The notes beneath the pieces were generated by a model. That model searched no databases and was not told where the DNA came from. It saw only the letters and a program-made list of their open reading frames with translations. A program made the translations under genes and the position numbers. This document shows positions 9,148 through 20,000 of a stretch of DNA of 64,000 nucleotides, one piece after another. The stretch lies in IMG/VR virus record IMGVR_UViG_3300025141_016157, positions 1 to 64,000 of that record, one strand, 5' to 3'. This DNA comes from a virus. How positions within the stretch are numbered: the first letter of the stretch is position 1; every line of letters begins with the position of its first letter.

Positions 9148-9461
9148 CATCTTTGTATTTTTTTATATCTTTATCTTCACTGTTTTTTCTGCTTCTCTCT
9201 GCATCAATTTATCTTAATGTAAAAATGGGATTAACGATACTAAAAATTGAAGATTCCATAGAGGAGTCTCTTGACATAATTGATGAAAGATATGAATCGA
9301 TATCAAAAATACTTGAAATTCCTATTTTTTTTGACTCTATTGAAGTTAGACAGGTCGTAGAAGATATTAGGAGAACAAAAGTATCTCTTTTAAAGATTGC
9401 AAACTCACTTTCAAACGTTAATTATGAGAATGAAAAAATAGAAAATAGAGATGTAAAATGA
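9144..9461 (+). CDS. small membrane-anchored protein
   Basis: N-terminal hydrophobic helix (LYFFISLSSLFFLLLSASIYL) followed by a coiled-coil-like segment. Confidence 0.65.
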   Translation: MTSLYFFISLSSLFFLLLSASIYLNVKMGLTILKIEDSIEESLDIIDERYESISKILEIPIFFDSIEVRQVVEDIRRTKVSLLKIANSLSNVNYENEKIENRDVK

Positions 9462-10195
9462 TAAAAAGAAAAAGAACTATAAGAAGGGGAAAGAAAAAAA
9501 GTAAAAATAATTATTTTAGTCAAGATACTCATGACGCTATTAGGGTATATCAAAATACTGAAAAGCTTGCTGGTAAGCATGCAATATACATAAAGGATAT
9601 ACTTCCTGCGTTTAACAAACTTGCCGAGAATTTAATTTTTATACACAAGTTTGCAAAAAGCCCAGAAGCATTTGAGAGACTAAAGTGTGATTGTGTAACT
9701 TTTTTATATGAAACACTTCATAAGTTTGATCCAGATAGAGGAACAAAAGCATTCTCTTATTTTAACGTAGTTGCAAAAAATTGGCTTATTATCCAAAGTA
9801 AAAAAACAGCCAAGCAAAGAAAGAGAACTATAAGCATAAGCGATATTGAGGAGAGCACAGGCGCAGAAATAAGCTTTCACGAATCTTTTAAAGTTCAACC
9901 ATCACAAGAAAAAAATATAATTAGAAAGGAATCAAAGCAAGATCTTGATAATATCCTAGTACAGATAAAGTCAAATTTAAAAACAGAGAAAGAGCATGCA
10001 TGCATGGATGCAATAATATCTCTTTTTGACAGGGTTGATGATCTTGAATTATTAAACAAGAGAGCAGTTTTTGTATATTTAAGAGATATATCAAACTTAT
10101 CACCAAAGCAATTATCTGTAACGATGTCTAAAATAAGAAAGCATTATAGAGAAATTTCTGATAAGGGCGATTTCTTTTTATTTTTCGGTGAGTAA
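9458..10195 (+). CDS. phage late-transcription sigma factor (T4 gp55-like)
   Basis: NYFSQ..., DCVTFLYETLHKFDPDRGTKAFSYFNVVAKNWLI resembles sigma region 2 of gp55-like proteins; directly precedes the structural module. Confidence 0.65.
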   Translation: MIKRKRTIRRGKKKSKNNYFSQDTHDAIRVYQNTEKLAGKHAIYIKDILPAFNKLAENLIFIHKFAKSPEAFERLKCDCVTFLYETLHKFDPDRGTKAFSYFNVVAKNWLIIQSKKTAKQRKRTISISDIEESTGAEISFHESFKVQPSQEKNIIRKESKQDLDNILVQIKSNLKTEKEHACMDAIISLFDRVDDLELLNKRAVFVYLRDISNLSPKQLSVTMSKIRKHYREISDKGDFFLFFGE

Positions 10196-10559
10196 AATGG
10201 ATAAAAAAAATAAATCATTTATGCAAAAAGTTAAGGAAAAGGAAGCGAAAATATCTAAATTCTCAGAGCTTCTTGACTCCCTTGAGAACACGGAGGACAA
10301 GAAAAAACTTTTATGGCGTGAGATATATGAAAATGCACTTACTGACAGGGAGAATGCAAATATTCTACTTGTAGATCTGCTAATGCAAACAAAGGGAAGC
10401 CTTGCAAATCACGGATCATACGGGACAATACTATCAAAATATCTAGAAAGAATGTCAAAGTGCAATGATCAAATTTTAAGACTTGCAGAGATTATAGGCA
10501 AGGAGCAAGAAACATCCATTGATATAAACGATATTTACGGAAAGATCAATGAGTCTTAA
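10188..10559 (+). CDS. hypothetical helical protein
   Basis: Full ORF overlapping both neighbours. Confidence 0.7.
   Translation: MSKMDKKNKSFMQKVKEKEAKISKFSELLDSLENTEDKKKLLWREIYENALTDRENANILLVDLLMQTKGSLANHGSYGTILSKYLERMSKCNDQILRLAEIIGKEQETSIDINDIYGKINES
10531..10537 (+). promoter_or_regulatory. candidate late promoter ATATTTA
   Basis: Recurrent motif; 11 nt before ATG 10549. Confidence 0.45.
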
Positions 10560-11982
10560 AAGATTTAGAGATTCAACTTCGAATAGTACCAGTACAAATC
10601 CAAATGAAAGCCCTGGTCAGGGAAAAAGTGTTGGAAAACGAGGAAGGATTCTTTATGAGGCTGTTGTAACAAACTTTTTCTCAAATCCTTCATTTGATTT
10701 AGAGCAAAATCCTCCAAATGATCCTGATAAGACTTATGCAGAGTCAATGGAGAAGGGTGTAAATCAGGTAAAAAATACATCTTTTATTAGAAAAATGCCA
10801 AGATCATCTGTCTCTGCCATTGTTGTATCTGACAGGGAGGGTTGGAAAACTCAAAAATCTGAGATATTTTATCCACTCTTTCCCCATCTCACAATGCCAG
10901 TAAAGCCGGGTGAGAAAATATGGATTATATATGATACTATAAATAGAGAAAAATCAAGAAGGGGATACTGGATTGGAAGAATATCATCAAATATTAATAT
11001 AGATGATCAAAACTATACGCATTTAGATAGAGAATTTTTATATTCTAGTGTGGGTGTTTCAACTACAAGTGCCCTTGACGCAGCATCAGGAGGATCATCA
11101 TACGAAGATACTGATATCTATAGTTTTATAGCCGGTGCGGGAAATAGAAATAACAATACCCTTCCAGGATCTGCGCCGTATGACTCTATTGTTTCTAATT
11201 CTATGTCATATGTTGAACAATTTAACGGTGAGCCAGTCCCGAGATTTTCGCCTAGGGTTGGAGATTTTATACTTGAAGGATCAAATAACACTCTCATCTC
11301 ACTTGGCCAAGATAGACCATCTCTTACTGGACCAGTTGATGAATCGGGCATAAAGGGAATAGGGACGATTGACATAGTTGTAGGAAGAGGACAGTCAGAA
11401 TCAACAGCACCTGCAGGTGATCCGATTGAACTGGAGAAAAGAGGAGAGAATTTAGACCCATATAGCGAGACAAATAAATGGCCTCAATTTCAAGATACAC
11501 CTCCAAATGAAGGTGAGGGTAATCCAGATTTTGCAACTGACTTGTCGAGAGTATATGTCTCGATGAAAACAAACGGTGATGCAAATTTTGGGCTAGCATC
11601 TATTAACTCTCTAGGCTCTACGCCTGAAGTTAGTGAGGCACCATATATTATAGGAAAGTCAACAGAGATCAGGCTAGTCTCAAGAGATGGCGGAAGCATA
11701 AGGATGATAAAAGAGGGCGACGCCCAAGCAGAGATTTGCATCGCATCAGATGGAAAAATTGTTATCGAAGGTACAAATTCTGCAAGATCTGCACAAAAAG
11801 TTATACGAGGCGAAGATTTAGCAAAAGCTGTTTCTGACTTTAGCACTAATATTGCATCAGCTATGATAAAAACATTTGGAAATATGGGCGGAATGATAGT
11901 CGATGGCGGAATAGCATCGTCATGCTCAACACTAGCAGCAGATGTAGAGCTTGCACTAAGCTCAGAAGTATTTATTAAGTAG
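10549..11982 (+). CDS. baseplate hub/central spike protein (gp5-like)
   Basis: OB-fold-like YPLFPHLTMPVKPGEKIWII, GDFILEGSNNTLISLG, beta-rich C-terminus ending VIRGEDL...LSSEVFIK; lies upstream of gp25/gp6-like genes. Confidence 0.6.
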   Translation: MSLKRFRDSTSNSTSTNPNESPGQGKSVGKRGRILYEAVVTNFFSNPSFDLEQNPPNDPDKTYAESMEKGVNQVKNTSFIRKMPRSSVSAIVVSDREGWKTQKSEIFYPLFPHLTMPVKPGEKIWIIYDTINREKSRRGYWIGRISSNINIDDQNYTHLDREFLYSSVGVSTTSALDAASGGSSYEDTDIYSFIAGAGNRNNNTLPGSAPYDSIVSNSMSYVEQFNGEPVPRFSPRVGDFILEGSNNTLISLGQDRPSLTGPVDESGIKGIGTIDIVVGRGQSESTAPAGDPIELEKRGENLDPYSETNKWPQFQDTPPNEGEGNPDFATDLSRVYVSMKTNGDANFGLASINSLGSTPEVSEAPYIIGKSTEIRLVSRDGGSIRMIKEGDAQAEICIASDGKIVIEGTNSARSAQKVIRGEDLAKAVSDFSTNIASAMIKTFGNMGGMIVDGGIASSCSTLAADVELALSSEVFIK

Positions 11983-11988
11983 GAAATT

Positions 11989-12537
11989 ATGGGCATTACA
12001 TCACCAATGGCAGACTGCTTATCTGCTCCAGATGAGATATTTACAGCATATTTTGATCCAATAGTTGAAGCTATGATGATGTCTGTAACTCCTATAATAG
12101 AGCCTTTGTGCATAGCCTTGTGGAATAAACCAGACATAAAAATTGCGTTTGAGATCATTGCAGAGTTTGGATTAAAGCTTCCGGATATAGCATTAGATCC
12201 CCTTATACTATTTGAACTTGCAGGAATTGAGCTGCCTAGTATTTTATTAGGTTTTGATATAAGCATGGAAATAGCCATAGATATTGACTTGCCTACATTG
12301 CCAGCTTATAATATCGCTATTGGAATGCTACTTATACCAATTGACATAGTAATAGGCTGGATAGATAGCTTTCCAGTAATTGAGCTTCCAACAATAGATC
12401 TTATAATAGATCTTCTAATCGATCTAGGGTTTGATCCAAGCATAAATCTCGAATGTGTTGCACAAATTATTATGATACCTTTTGAAGTAATAGGCGAAGT
12501 TATGGCAGCTACAGACAAACCGTCTATATGTGAATAA
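11989..12537 (+). CDS. acidic, Ile/Leu/Pro-rich hypothetical protein
   Basis: AGGA RBS; 182 aa with no Arg or His and only 4 Lys. Confidence 0.7.
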   Translation: MGITSPMADCLSAPDEIFTAYFDPIVEAMMMSVTPIIEPLCIALWNKPDIKIAFEIIAEFGLKLPDIALDPLILFELAGIELPSILLGFDISMEIAIDIDLPTLPAYNIAIGMLLIPIDIVIGWIDSFPVIELPTIDLIIDLLIDLGFDPSINLECVAQIIMIPFEVIGEVMAATDKPSICE

Positions 12538-12814
12538 AATGAGTGTAAAAGATATAAAAGAGGGCTGGCTTAACTATATGAAAAGAGCCATAGGCAGAAG
12601 ATCGCTGGACGAAAAACTATCGCTAGAGGTTGAAAAAAGAGCTAAAATCTGCTCTGATTGCCCGTATTTAAAAGTAATTTCAAAAAGTAATAATAGAATT
12701 TTCTGGGGAATGTGCAAGAGATGTGGGTGTGTTTTTCCCGCTCTTGTCTATTCTCCTTCAAAATCTTGCCCTGAGAATAAATGGAATAGTATACCTGACG
12801 ATAAATTGAGTTAG
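12530..12814 (+). CDS. small Cys-rich (zinc-binding) protein
   Basis: CSDC...CKRCGC...CPENKW pattern. Confidence 0.7.
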   Translation: MNKMSVKDIKEGWLNYMKRAIGRRSLDEKLSLEVEKRAKICSDCPYLKVISKSNNRIFWGMCKRCGCVFPALVYSPSKSCPENKWNSIPDDKLS

Positions 12815-12819
12815 AATAC

Positions 12820-12839
12820 AATTGTGCATTTGCACAATT
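12820..12839. repeat. inverted repeat with perfect 9-bp arms (possible operator)
   Basis: AATTGTGCA-TT-TGCACAATT in an intergenic gap. Confidence 0.7.
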
Positions 12840-12850
12840 TCTAATATTAA
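12823..12850 (+). promoter_or_regulatory. candidate sigma70-like promoter
   Basis: TGTGCA-N16-TATTAA. Confidence 0.35.
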
Positions 12851-12859
12851 GGGGTAGAA

Positions 12860-13054
12860 ATGAAACAAGAAGAAGTAAAAAAGATAGCAGAGCTTAGAAA
12901 TTATATTATAGGATTCTATAAATCAATAGAGGGCACAGAGTCACCAGGATCTGCTGTGATGAAATCAGCAGATATTGCATATTTTTGCGAAAGTGTCATA
13001 AGGAGCGCTGATGATATATTAAAGCCGTATGTAAGCTTTAAAAATTCAAAATAG
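12860..13054 (+). CDS. small hypothetical protein
   Basis: AAGGGG RBS before the ATG; fills the gap. Confidence 0.65.
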   Translation: MKQEEVKKIAELRNYIIGFYKSIEGTESPGSAVMKSADIAYFCESVIRSADDILKPYVSFKNSK

Positions 13055-13097
13055 AAATAATAATTGATACTGCGTCTTTCTAAATTTTTTATTCAAT

Positions 13098-13104
13098 ATA
13101 TTTA
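13098..13104 (+). promoter_or_regulatory. candidate late promoter ATATTTA
   Basis: 16 nt before ATG 13121, with a GAGGT RBS between. Confidence 0.5.
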
Positions 13105-13120
13105 GATACTAGAGGTGTAA

Positions 13121-13609
13121 ATGGGTGCATACGAAGATGAATATGAATGGAAGTCATCTGGGACTATAACGGCAACAATGTCTGGGTCGGAGTTTACTCC
13201 TTCACCAGCGCCTGTCGGTGTTGTAATACCTCTTGCGCCGGGAACAGATCTTTCAGGAATATTTGAAATGACTTACAACGGTGCTAAGCAGATTGCCTAT
13301 AATTTTCAAAATCTTGTAAGCACGAATCACGGAGAAAGAGCAGGAAATCCGGGATATGGTGCAAATCTTAGGCCTCTTTGTGCAGAATATTCAAGACTTA
13401 GCTTGAGTGAGTTTGAATCTGAGGCAATGAGTAGAATTAAAATTGCTGTAGATAAATTTCTTCCTATAGTTGAGCTAGATAATTTCACAACAAGTTATAT
13501 TGAGGATGATGATCCTGCACTTCTTAGGATTGATATGAATATAAAATTTAACATACCAATGTTATTTTCAATGGGAAATAACATAAAGGTATCGTTTGCC
13601 CTACTTTAA
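13121..13609 (+). CDS. baseplate wedge subunit, gp25-like
   Basis: NLVSTNHGERAGNPGYGANLR matches the gp25 TxxGERxxxPxFGxxL motif. Confidence 0.85.
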   Translation: MGAYEDEYEWKSSGTITATMSGSEFTPSPAPVGVVIPLAPGTDLSGIFEMTYNGAKQIAYNFQNLVSTNHGERAGNPGYGANLRPLCAEYSRLSLSEFESEAMSRIKIAVDKFLPIVELDNFTTSYIEDDDPALLRIDMNIKFNIPMLFSMGNNIKVSFALL

Positions 13610-13621
13610 AAAAGAGATAAG

Positions 13622-15472
13622 ATGTCAAGTAAAAAAAATAAATTAAAAAGCATTAGAGAATCGCAGAGATCATATTTGAACAGGGATTTTAATTCCTTCA
13701 GGGCAAGTCTAACTCAATATGGAAGAACATTTTTCTCAGATAAGATTTCTGACTTCAGTGAAAACGGATTTGCCGGAATGATGATAGAGTTAAATGCATA
13801 TGTTGGTGATGTAATGTCATACTATATGGATCATCAATTTCAAGAACTTGATCTTAATCAGGCAACTGAGCCTAGAAATATTGAAAGATTAATAAGAAAT
13901 ACAGGCGTCAAAATAGAAGGGGCATCTCCAGCTGTTGTTGATATTGAGTTTTACATGGAGATTCCAGCAAAACTAGTATCAGGTGAATATATCCCAGATC
14001 CCTTTCTTCTGCCTATTATAAATGCAGGAACAAAGCTTTCTTCATCATCAGGTATAATTTTCTCTCTAACAGAGGATCTTGACATGGGTGAGAGAAAATT
14101 TTCTGGATCTCTGTATGCATCTTATGTTACAATGAAAACAGATGATAGTGGAAATCCTACATCATTCTCAGTAATGAGATCAGGAAAATGTGTATCTGCT
14201 ACTACTTCATCGGAGACATTTGCCATTCCAAATAGATTTAAACCGTTTAGGACTATCATTCTTAAGAAAGCAAATGTCAATGAAGTAATATCAATTATTG
14301 ATTCAGAGGGAAATGAATATTACGAAGTCGACTCTCTTTCTCAAGATACTGTCTACAAGAGGATATTAAATTTATCAAATGACAAAGATGACGTTTCAGA
14401 ATCAATAGAGCTAATACCTGCACCAAGAAGATTTATAACTGAAGCTTCTGTCGTAACAAGAAAGACAACAGTTAGATTCGGGGGAGGATCAGCTCTATCA
14501 ACAGATGATGATATAATGCCAGACCCGTCAGACCTCTCCCTGCCGCTTTATGGAAAGAGAAAGACATTGTCAAACTTTACAATTAATCCAAATAAGCTTC
14601 TCTCTACAACTACACTAGGTGTTGCACCTCAAAATACGACATTGACAGTTATATATAGACACGGAGGCGGTATATCACATAATGTAGGAGAGGGAGACAT
14701 AAGATCTGTAAACTCTCTTTCAACAAAGTTTAAAAAATCAACATCATCAGTAAATGTATCTTCAATTAGATCATCACTGGAGGTGATAAATAGATCTCGC
14801 GCCGCTGGCGGAGAGGATGCACCGAATATAAATGAAATGAGAGGAATAGCAATTTCTCAAAGAAATGCTCAAATGAGAATAGTAACAAGGGAAGATTTAA
14901 TAGCAAGAATATATTCTATGCCAAATAAGTTCGGAAGAGTATTTAGAGTGGGAATAAGATCAAATCCATATAATCCGCTAGCATCAATGATATCAATAGT
15001 TAGCAGAGATTCTTATGGAAATCTCTCGATATCCCCTGATACGCTAAAAGAAAATCTAAAAACTTTCTTAAATCAGTCACGATTAATTTCAGATGCAGCA
15101 GATATAGTAGACGCATCCATTATAAATCTGGGAATATCGTATGGTGTAACTGTTTCTACAAATGCAAATCCAGAATCAGTTATTCAAAAAATAAACAGTA
15201 ATTTAAAAAATTACTTTCAAATTGAAAATTTTCAAATTGGACAACCAATTGTAACAACAGATGTTGTAAATATTATTATTAATACTCAGGATGTAGTATC
15301 TCTAGTAGATTTAAAGTTTTCCAATAAGACTGGAGAAATAGGTGGAAATAACTATAGTGATGTTAGTATGTCTATTTCATCAAATACTTCTAGAGGAATT
15401 ATATCATGCCCGGGGGGTAGCATCTTTGAAGTTAAATTTCCAGATGACGATATAGTAGGAACACAGAGATAA
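13622..15472 (+). CDS. baseplate wedge subunit, gp6-like
   Basis: YLNRDFNSFRASL, AYVGDVMSYYMD, VRFGGG, AAGGEDAP, QMRIVTREDL. Confidence 0.85.
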   Translation: MSSKKNKLKSIRESQRSYLNRDFNSFRASLTQYGRTFFSDKISDFSENGFAGMMIELNAYVGDVMSYYMDHQFQELDLNQATEPRNIERLIRNTGVKIEGASPAVVDIEFYMEIPAKLVSGEYIPDPFLLPIINAGTKLSSSSGIIFSLTEDLDMGERKFSGSLYASYVTMKTDDSGNPTSFSVMRSGKCVSATTSSETFAIPNRFKPFRTIILKKANVNEVISIIDSEGNEYYEVDSLSQDTVYKRILNLSNDKDDVSESIELIPAPRRFITEASVVTRKTTVRFGGGSALSTDDDIMPDPSDLSLPLYGKRKTLSNFTINPNKLLSTTTLGVAPQNTTLTVIYRHGGGISHNVGEGDIRSVNSLSTKFKKSTSSVNVSSIRSSLEVINRSRAAGGEDAPNINEMRGIAISQRNAQMRIVTREDLIARIYSMPNKFGRVFRVGIRSNPYNPLASMISIVSRDSYGNLSISPDTLKENLKTFLNQSRLISDAADIVDASIINLGISYGVTVSTNANPESVIQKINSNLKNYFQIENFQIGQPIVTTDVVNIIINTQDVVSLVDLKFSNKTGEIGGNNYSDVSMSISSNTSRGIISCPGGSIFEVKFPDDDIVGTQR

Positions 15473-15473
15473 A

Positions 15474-17012
15474 ATGTATAGAATATTAACAGCAAGCAAA
15501 GACACTTATATTACAGACAAGATAATAAGCAATACATTTAGAGCAACTGATGCCAATGTTGGAAGGGCTTCTACTCTTGATATATTCAAACTATATGGCG
15601 AGTCATCGTCAGGATCAGCTGAGAATCCATACGAAATATCTCGTGCATTAGTAAAGTTTGATTTAACCCCGTTAAAAGAGCTAACATCTTCTCTGTTAGA
15701 TATTGGATCATCAACTTTTAAGGCATATCTTAGACTTTCAGATGTCTATGGTGGTCAAACCACGCCAGATAATTTTAAGCTAATAGTATTTCCACTATCA
15801 AAGTCATTTGACGAAGGCATGGGAAGAAACATAGTCGACTATTCAGATCTAGATTCTTGTAACTATGTTACAGCATCTGTTTCATCTGGTACACCAGATC
15901 TGTGGTTTACAAGCGGGGCAATGAAACAAGGGCTTTTAGGATCAGATGATATTGATATAATATCAAGTGGAAATCTAAATGACGGGGAGGGCCTAGTTTA
16001 TCTCTGGAAAGAACAAACATTCTCAACAGGAGAGGAAGATCTCAAAGTAGACGTAACAAATATAATATCTGGTACAATCGCTGGGCAAATACCAGATCAC
16101 GGATTTAGAATATCGTACTCTGGATCATTTGAAACTGATCAGAAGACCTATTTTGTAAAGAGATTCGCATCACTACAGACAGATAATTATATTAAAAAAC
16201 CATCTCTTATAGTTCACTATGACGATACTACACAGGATCATCACGGATCATTCTTCTTTGACATGACTGGAAGTCTATTTTTAAATAACTCTGCACGCGG
16301 AGCAAGAAGAAATTTAGTAACTGACAAAGGAGGCACATCTCTTACAGGTGAAAATTGCTTGCATTTAAAACTTATAAGCGGATCTTCTGAAGCTGGTACG
16401 CTTTTTGAAAAAACAATAGTGGGATCACAACACACTATTGGCGATAACAATATACCCGGAATATACTCTGCAACATTCTCAATAAGTGAATTTGAAGATT
16501 CTACTTTGACTTCTCACATAAGGAGAGCACATAGCGCAAGCTTTACTACAATATGGACACCTACAGACGAATCGTTTGCATTTCTTACTTCTTCTCTAGT
16601 TATAAATAGAACTACAAGAACATCATTTGACAATGATGCTGATAGAATTATAGTAAAAGTTACAAATATGAAATCAGTATATAAGAAAAACGATAAAGTT
16701 AGATTCAGGGTATTTGCAGAAGATATAGATAGAAAAATAGTTTTTAAAAAGTTGCCTCTTGAAACAAAAAGCCAGATTTTTACAAAAATGTATTACAGGA
16801 TTAGAGATTCAATATCACAAGAAATAATAATACCATTTGAAAAAAGCAGTAATTCGACCCTTTGTTCAACTGACAGTGATGGAATGTATTTTGATTTTTA
16901 TATGGACTCTCTTGCACCAGGAAGATTATATACAATAGAATTTCAAATAAACAAAAATGGTGAAGACTTACTCTTTGTAGATGCAGCGACAAAGTTTAGG
17001 CTAGAAGGTTGA
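15474..17012 (+). CDS. virion structural protein (DNRLRE-like beta domain plus C-terminal beta-rich domain)
   Basis: ASKDTYI...SRALVKFDL...KPSLIVHYDD pattern; located in the baseplate operon. Confidence 0.55.
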   Translation: MYRILTASKDTYITDKIISNTFRATDANVGRASTLDIFKLYGESSSGSAENPYEISRALVKFDLTPLKELTSSLLDIGSSTFKAYLRLSDVYGGQTTPDNFKLIVFPLSKSFDEGMGRNIVDYSDLDSCNYVTASVSSGTPDLWFTSGAMKQGLLGSDDIDIISSGNLNDGEGLVYLWKEQTFSTGEEDLKVDVTNIISGTIAGQIPDHGFRISYSGSFETDQKTYFVKRFASLQTDNYIKKPSLIVHYDDTTQDHHGSFFFDMTGSLFLNNSARGARRNLVTDKGGTSLTGENCLHLKLISGSSEAGTLFEKTIVGSQHTIGDNNIPGIYSATFSISEFEDSTLTSHIRRAHSASFTTIWTPTDESFAFLTSSLVINRTTRTSFDNDADRIIVKVTNMKSVYKKNDKVRFRVFAEDIDRKIVFKKLPLETKSQIFTKMYYRIRDSISQEIIIPFEKSSNSTLCSTDSDGMYFDFYMDSLAPGRLYTIEFQINKNGEDLLFVDAATKFRLEG

Positions 17013-17013
17013 T

Positions 17014-20000
17014 ATGTCTACAAGCAAGACTAAAAAAATAGTTTCAAAGAGACCCTTACTATTTTCAAAAGGTTCCTCTACAGATTCGTCTAGCAAAAAA
17101 GATATAATCTTAAAGCTATTAAAAGATACAAACTTTGGATCTACATCATCGTTTAGATGGGACGCTCCAGGTGTCGGAATTAAAAATACACAGCAAGTAA
17201 GCGTTGACTGGTCAAAGCTAGAGAATCATGTATTTTTTGATTCAGCACAGTCTAAGATAAATGTTGCATTTGATATTATAGTAAATAGCTTTCCCTTCGA
17301 TGGGTCTAAAAAAGAAGTTGAAGCATTCTTTGACAGTCTTACGGGATATGAAAACTATATTTTTTCGAGATTTCCAAAATATGTAGGATATCTATCGCTT
17401 TCTGGCGCACGCGGTGTAGCACCGGACACAGATGGAAACTGGATAGAAGTTTTTGACTCTACTGGCTATGTTTTTCCAAACTTTTCATCAAAAAGAGATG
17501 GATCTTCACCAATTGATTTTTCAATAAACCCTTTTACAATTGAATGTCAACTATATGTTCCAGATTTGGAAAATGATAATCAGATACTTTTTCAAAAGAG
17601 AGACTCGTTTAAAAATGGTGTAACTGTAGCTCTAAGCTCGTCAGCTTCAACTAGTGAGTGCGACATTGTTTTCTCTATATGTTCAGGATCATCTTTTCTT
17701 CTTGCATCAGCCTCTGTTGAAAAGGGTAGGTTCAATCATATTGCAAATATTTACGATAGAGATATAGACAATAAGGCAAAGATATACGTTAATTCTAAGC
17801 TTGTGATGACATCTTCAAAAGCAGAGATATTTAAATCTCTAAGTTTCAATAGGGCATCTTTCATGATAGGCTCTGGATCATCATTTGCCGTTGATAGTAG
17901 AATGTTGCCTGGCGGAGAAGTTGAATTTTCGCCAAGAGAGACAATGTCAGGATCCATAGATGAGCTTAGGGTTTTCCATAGCATAAGATCTAAATTATCA
18001 CAGGAAAAAAATTCACAAAGATCAATATACGCAACGCCTGATTTAAAGCTCTATTTTAAGTTTAATGAGGCTACTGGATCGTATAGGCCAGAAGGGGTCG
18101 TCCTGGATTCGTCAGGAAATTCATTGCATAGTATTATAAAGAATTTTAAAGAAAACCCATGCAGAGTCACAGGATCTGTAGAAAGCCCGATGGAGTATGA
18201 AAAAACTAGCCTTTCTCCAATACTCTTCCCAGATCATTATTTAGTGAGAAGACTAAATGAACAACTACTATACTCTGGCTCAAGATACGATAGGGTGAAC
18301 CCTAATATTATTACGAGACTTGTGCCACCACACTTGTTTCTCGAAGGTCAGAGTGAAGAGGGGTTTGAAACACTTCAGGGGCAATTATTCAATCCTATAA
18401 AAGGACAGTCAATTCCTGGGTCACTTGAAATGGGATCAGCTCAGCGGTTAACTGCTTTTCTTTTCATATACGCAAAAATGTTTGATGAAATCAAGATAGT
18501 TCTAGATACAATATCTAATTTTTTACATGTTAGTTATGATGAGTTTGATACTGTACCTGATCAATTAATACCTGCTGTTGCAAAATATTACGGAATAGAT
18601 TTACCAAGTCTGTTTTCAAATTCAACTATATTTGAGTTTATTGACGGGGAGGGCTTGGGTGATACATATGCATACAGTAGATCACTAAGAGATCTTCAAA
18701 ATCAACTCTGGAAAAGATTTTTAATAAATCTTCCGTATGTCCTTAAGTCAAAAGGAACGCTTCAAAGCGTTAAGTCTACAATTAGATCATTTGGAATAAA
18801 TCCAGATAGCCTTATGAACATAAGAGAGTTTGGGGGACCAACAAAAAAATCTCTTGAAAGTCTCCGACAAAATAGGATAAAGGATATTCCGCTTCTTGAT
18901 TTCTCATCAAGCATGGGAACAGTTCCGGGAACAGAAGACTATCAAGGGTTTGCCTCTAATATTCCACACATTGTGTCTCCGTTCTTAAGCGGATCAAGAA
19001 TAGAGCCTGGATACCCTAATATCCAGGGTGAGTTTGTTAATCGAACAGAGAAAATGAGGAATGGTATTTCAAATAACGCTGAAGATGGATTACACACGTC
19101 TGGGTCATTTACATATGAGGCATATTATAGATTTCTAAGGCCAACCAGGACGGGATATAAACATCAAGCTTCTCAAAGCCTAGCTAGGATTTGTGTTACT
19201 GGGTCAAGTATTGATAAAGGTGCAGTTCTTGCAAACCTTGTCGCATGCTCTGGATCGAACTCTTCTCTTAGGCTGTTTGTTAGATCTTCACTATTTCCAA
19301 CAACACCGGGAATAAAGCTAGAGCTGACTGGAACTTCAATTTTTAACGGAGACCCGTGGTATGTTTCTTTTGGAAGAACTAGAAGTGATGATATTATAAC
19401 ATCTCTTTCAAAAAGCTATTTATCGCCGATGATATCAACAAATGGATCTTCTTCATATTTTCTTAGATGCTCTAGGGTTGCAAATGGTAGAATTGTAGAA
19501 TCACATGAAACAAAATCTTTTCTAAAGGACTTTCTAACAACAACTGGATTTGAGAATATGCTTACATCTTATAATGTAAGCGGAACATTTATTGTAATAG
19601 GTTCTCAAAGTCTCGGTGATTACGGGGCAAGATTTCTAAATGATACGTCGCTTGGATCAGAAACAGGCTTTGACACAGAGGACAATATACCCGCCAAGGT
19701 AACAGATTTTTCCGGACAGGTTGGAAAAATAAGATTCTGGTCTACTGACCTAGGGAAAAGAGAGGCAAAAGATCATGCACTCAATCCTGCATCTATCGGT
19801 AGTAAAAATCCAAATATAAATTACAACTTTGTATCTCAGAATACAGGTTCTTTTCAAAGGGCAAGGCTGGATATTCAACTAGAGCAACCCGCAACATCGT
19901 CAGATAGTAGCGGTGAAATTTCATTAACAAACTTTACACAGACAGTAGGAAACTTTTCTGGACGTGCATTTGAACCAGACGTTGATGTTATAAAGCATGA

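Noticed and set aside
11490-12278. 262-aa minus-strand ORF, plus the other minus-strand and short alternative-frame ORFs in the track
   Set aside because: They overlap well-supported + strand genes, lack recognisable motifs, and are expected shadows of biased codon use.
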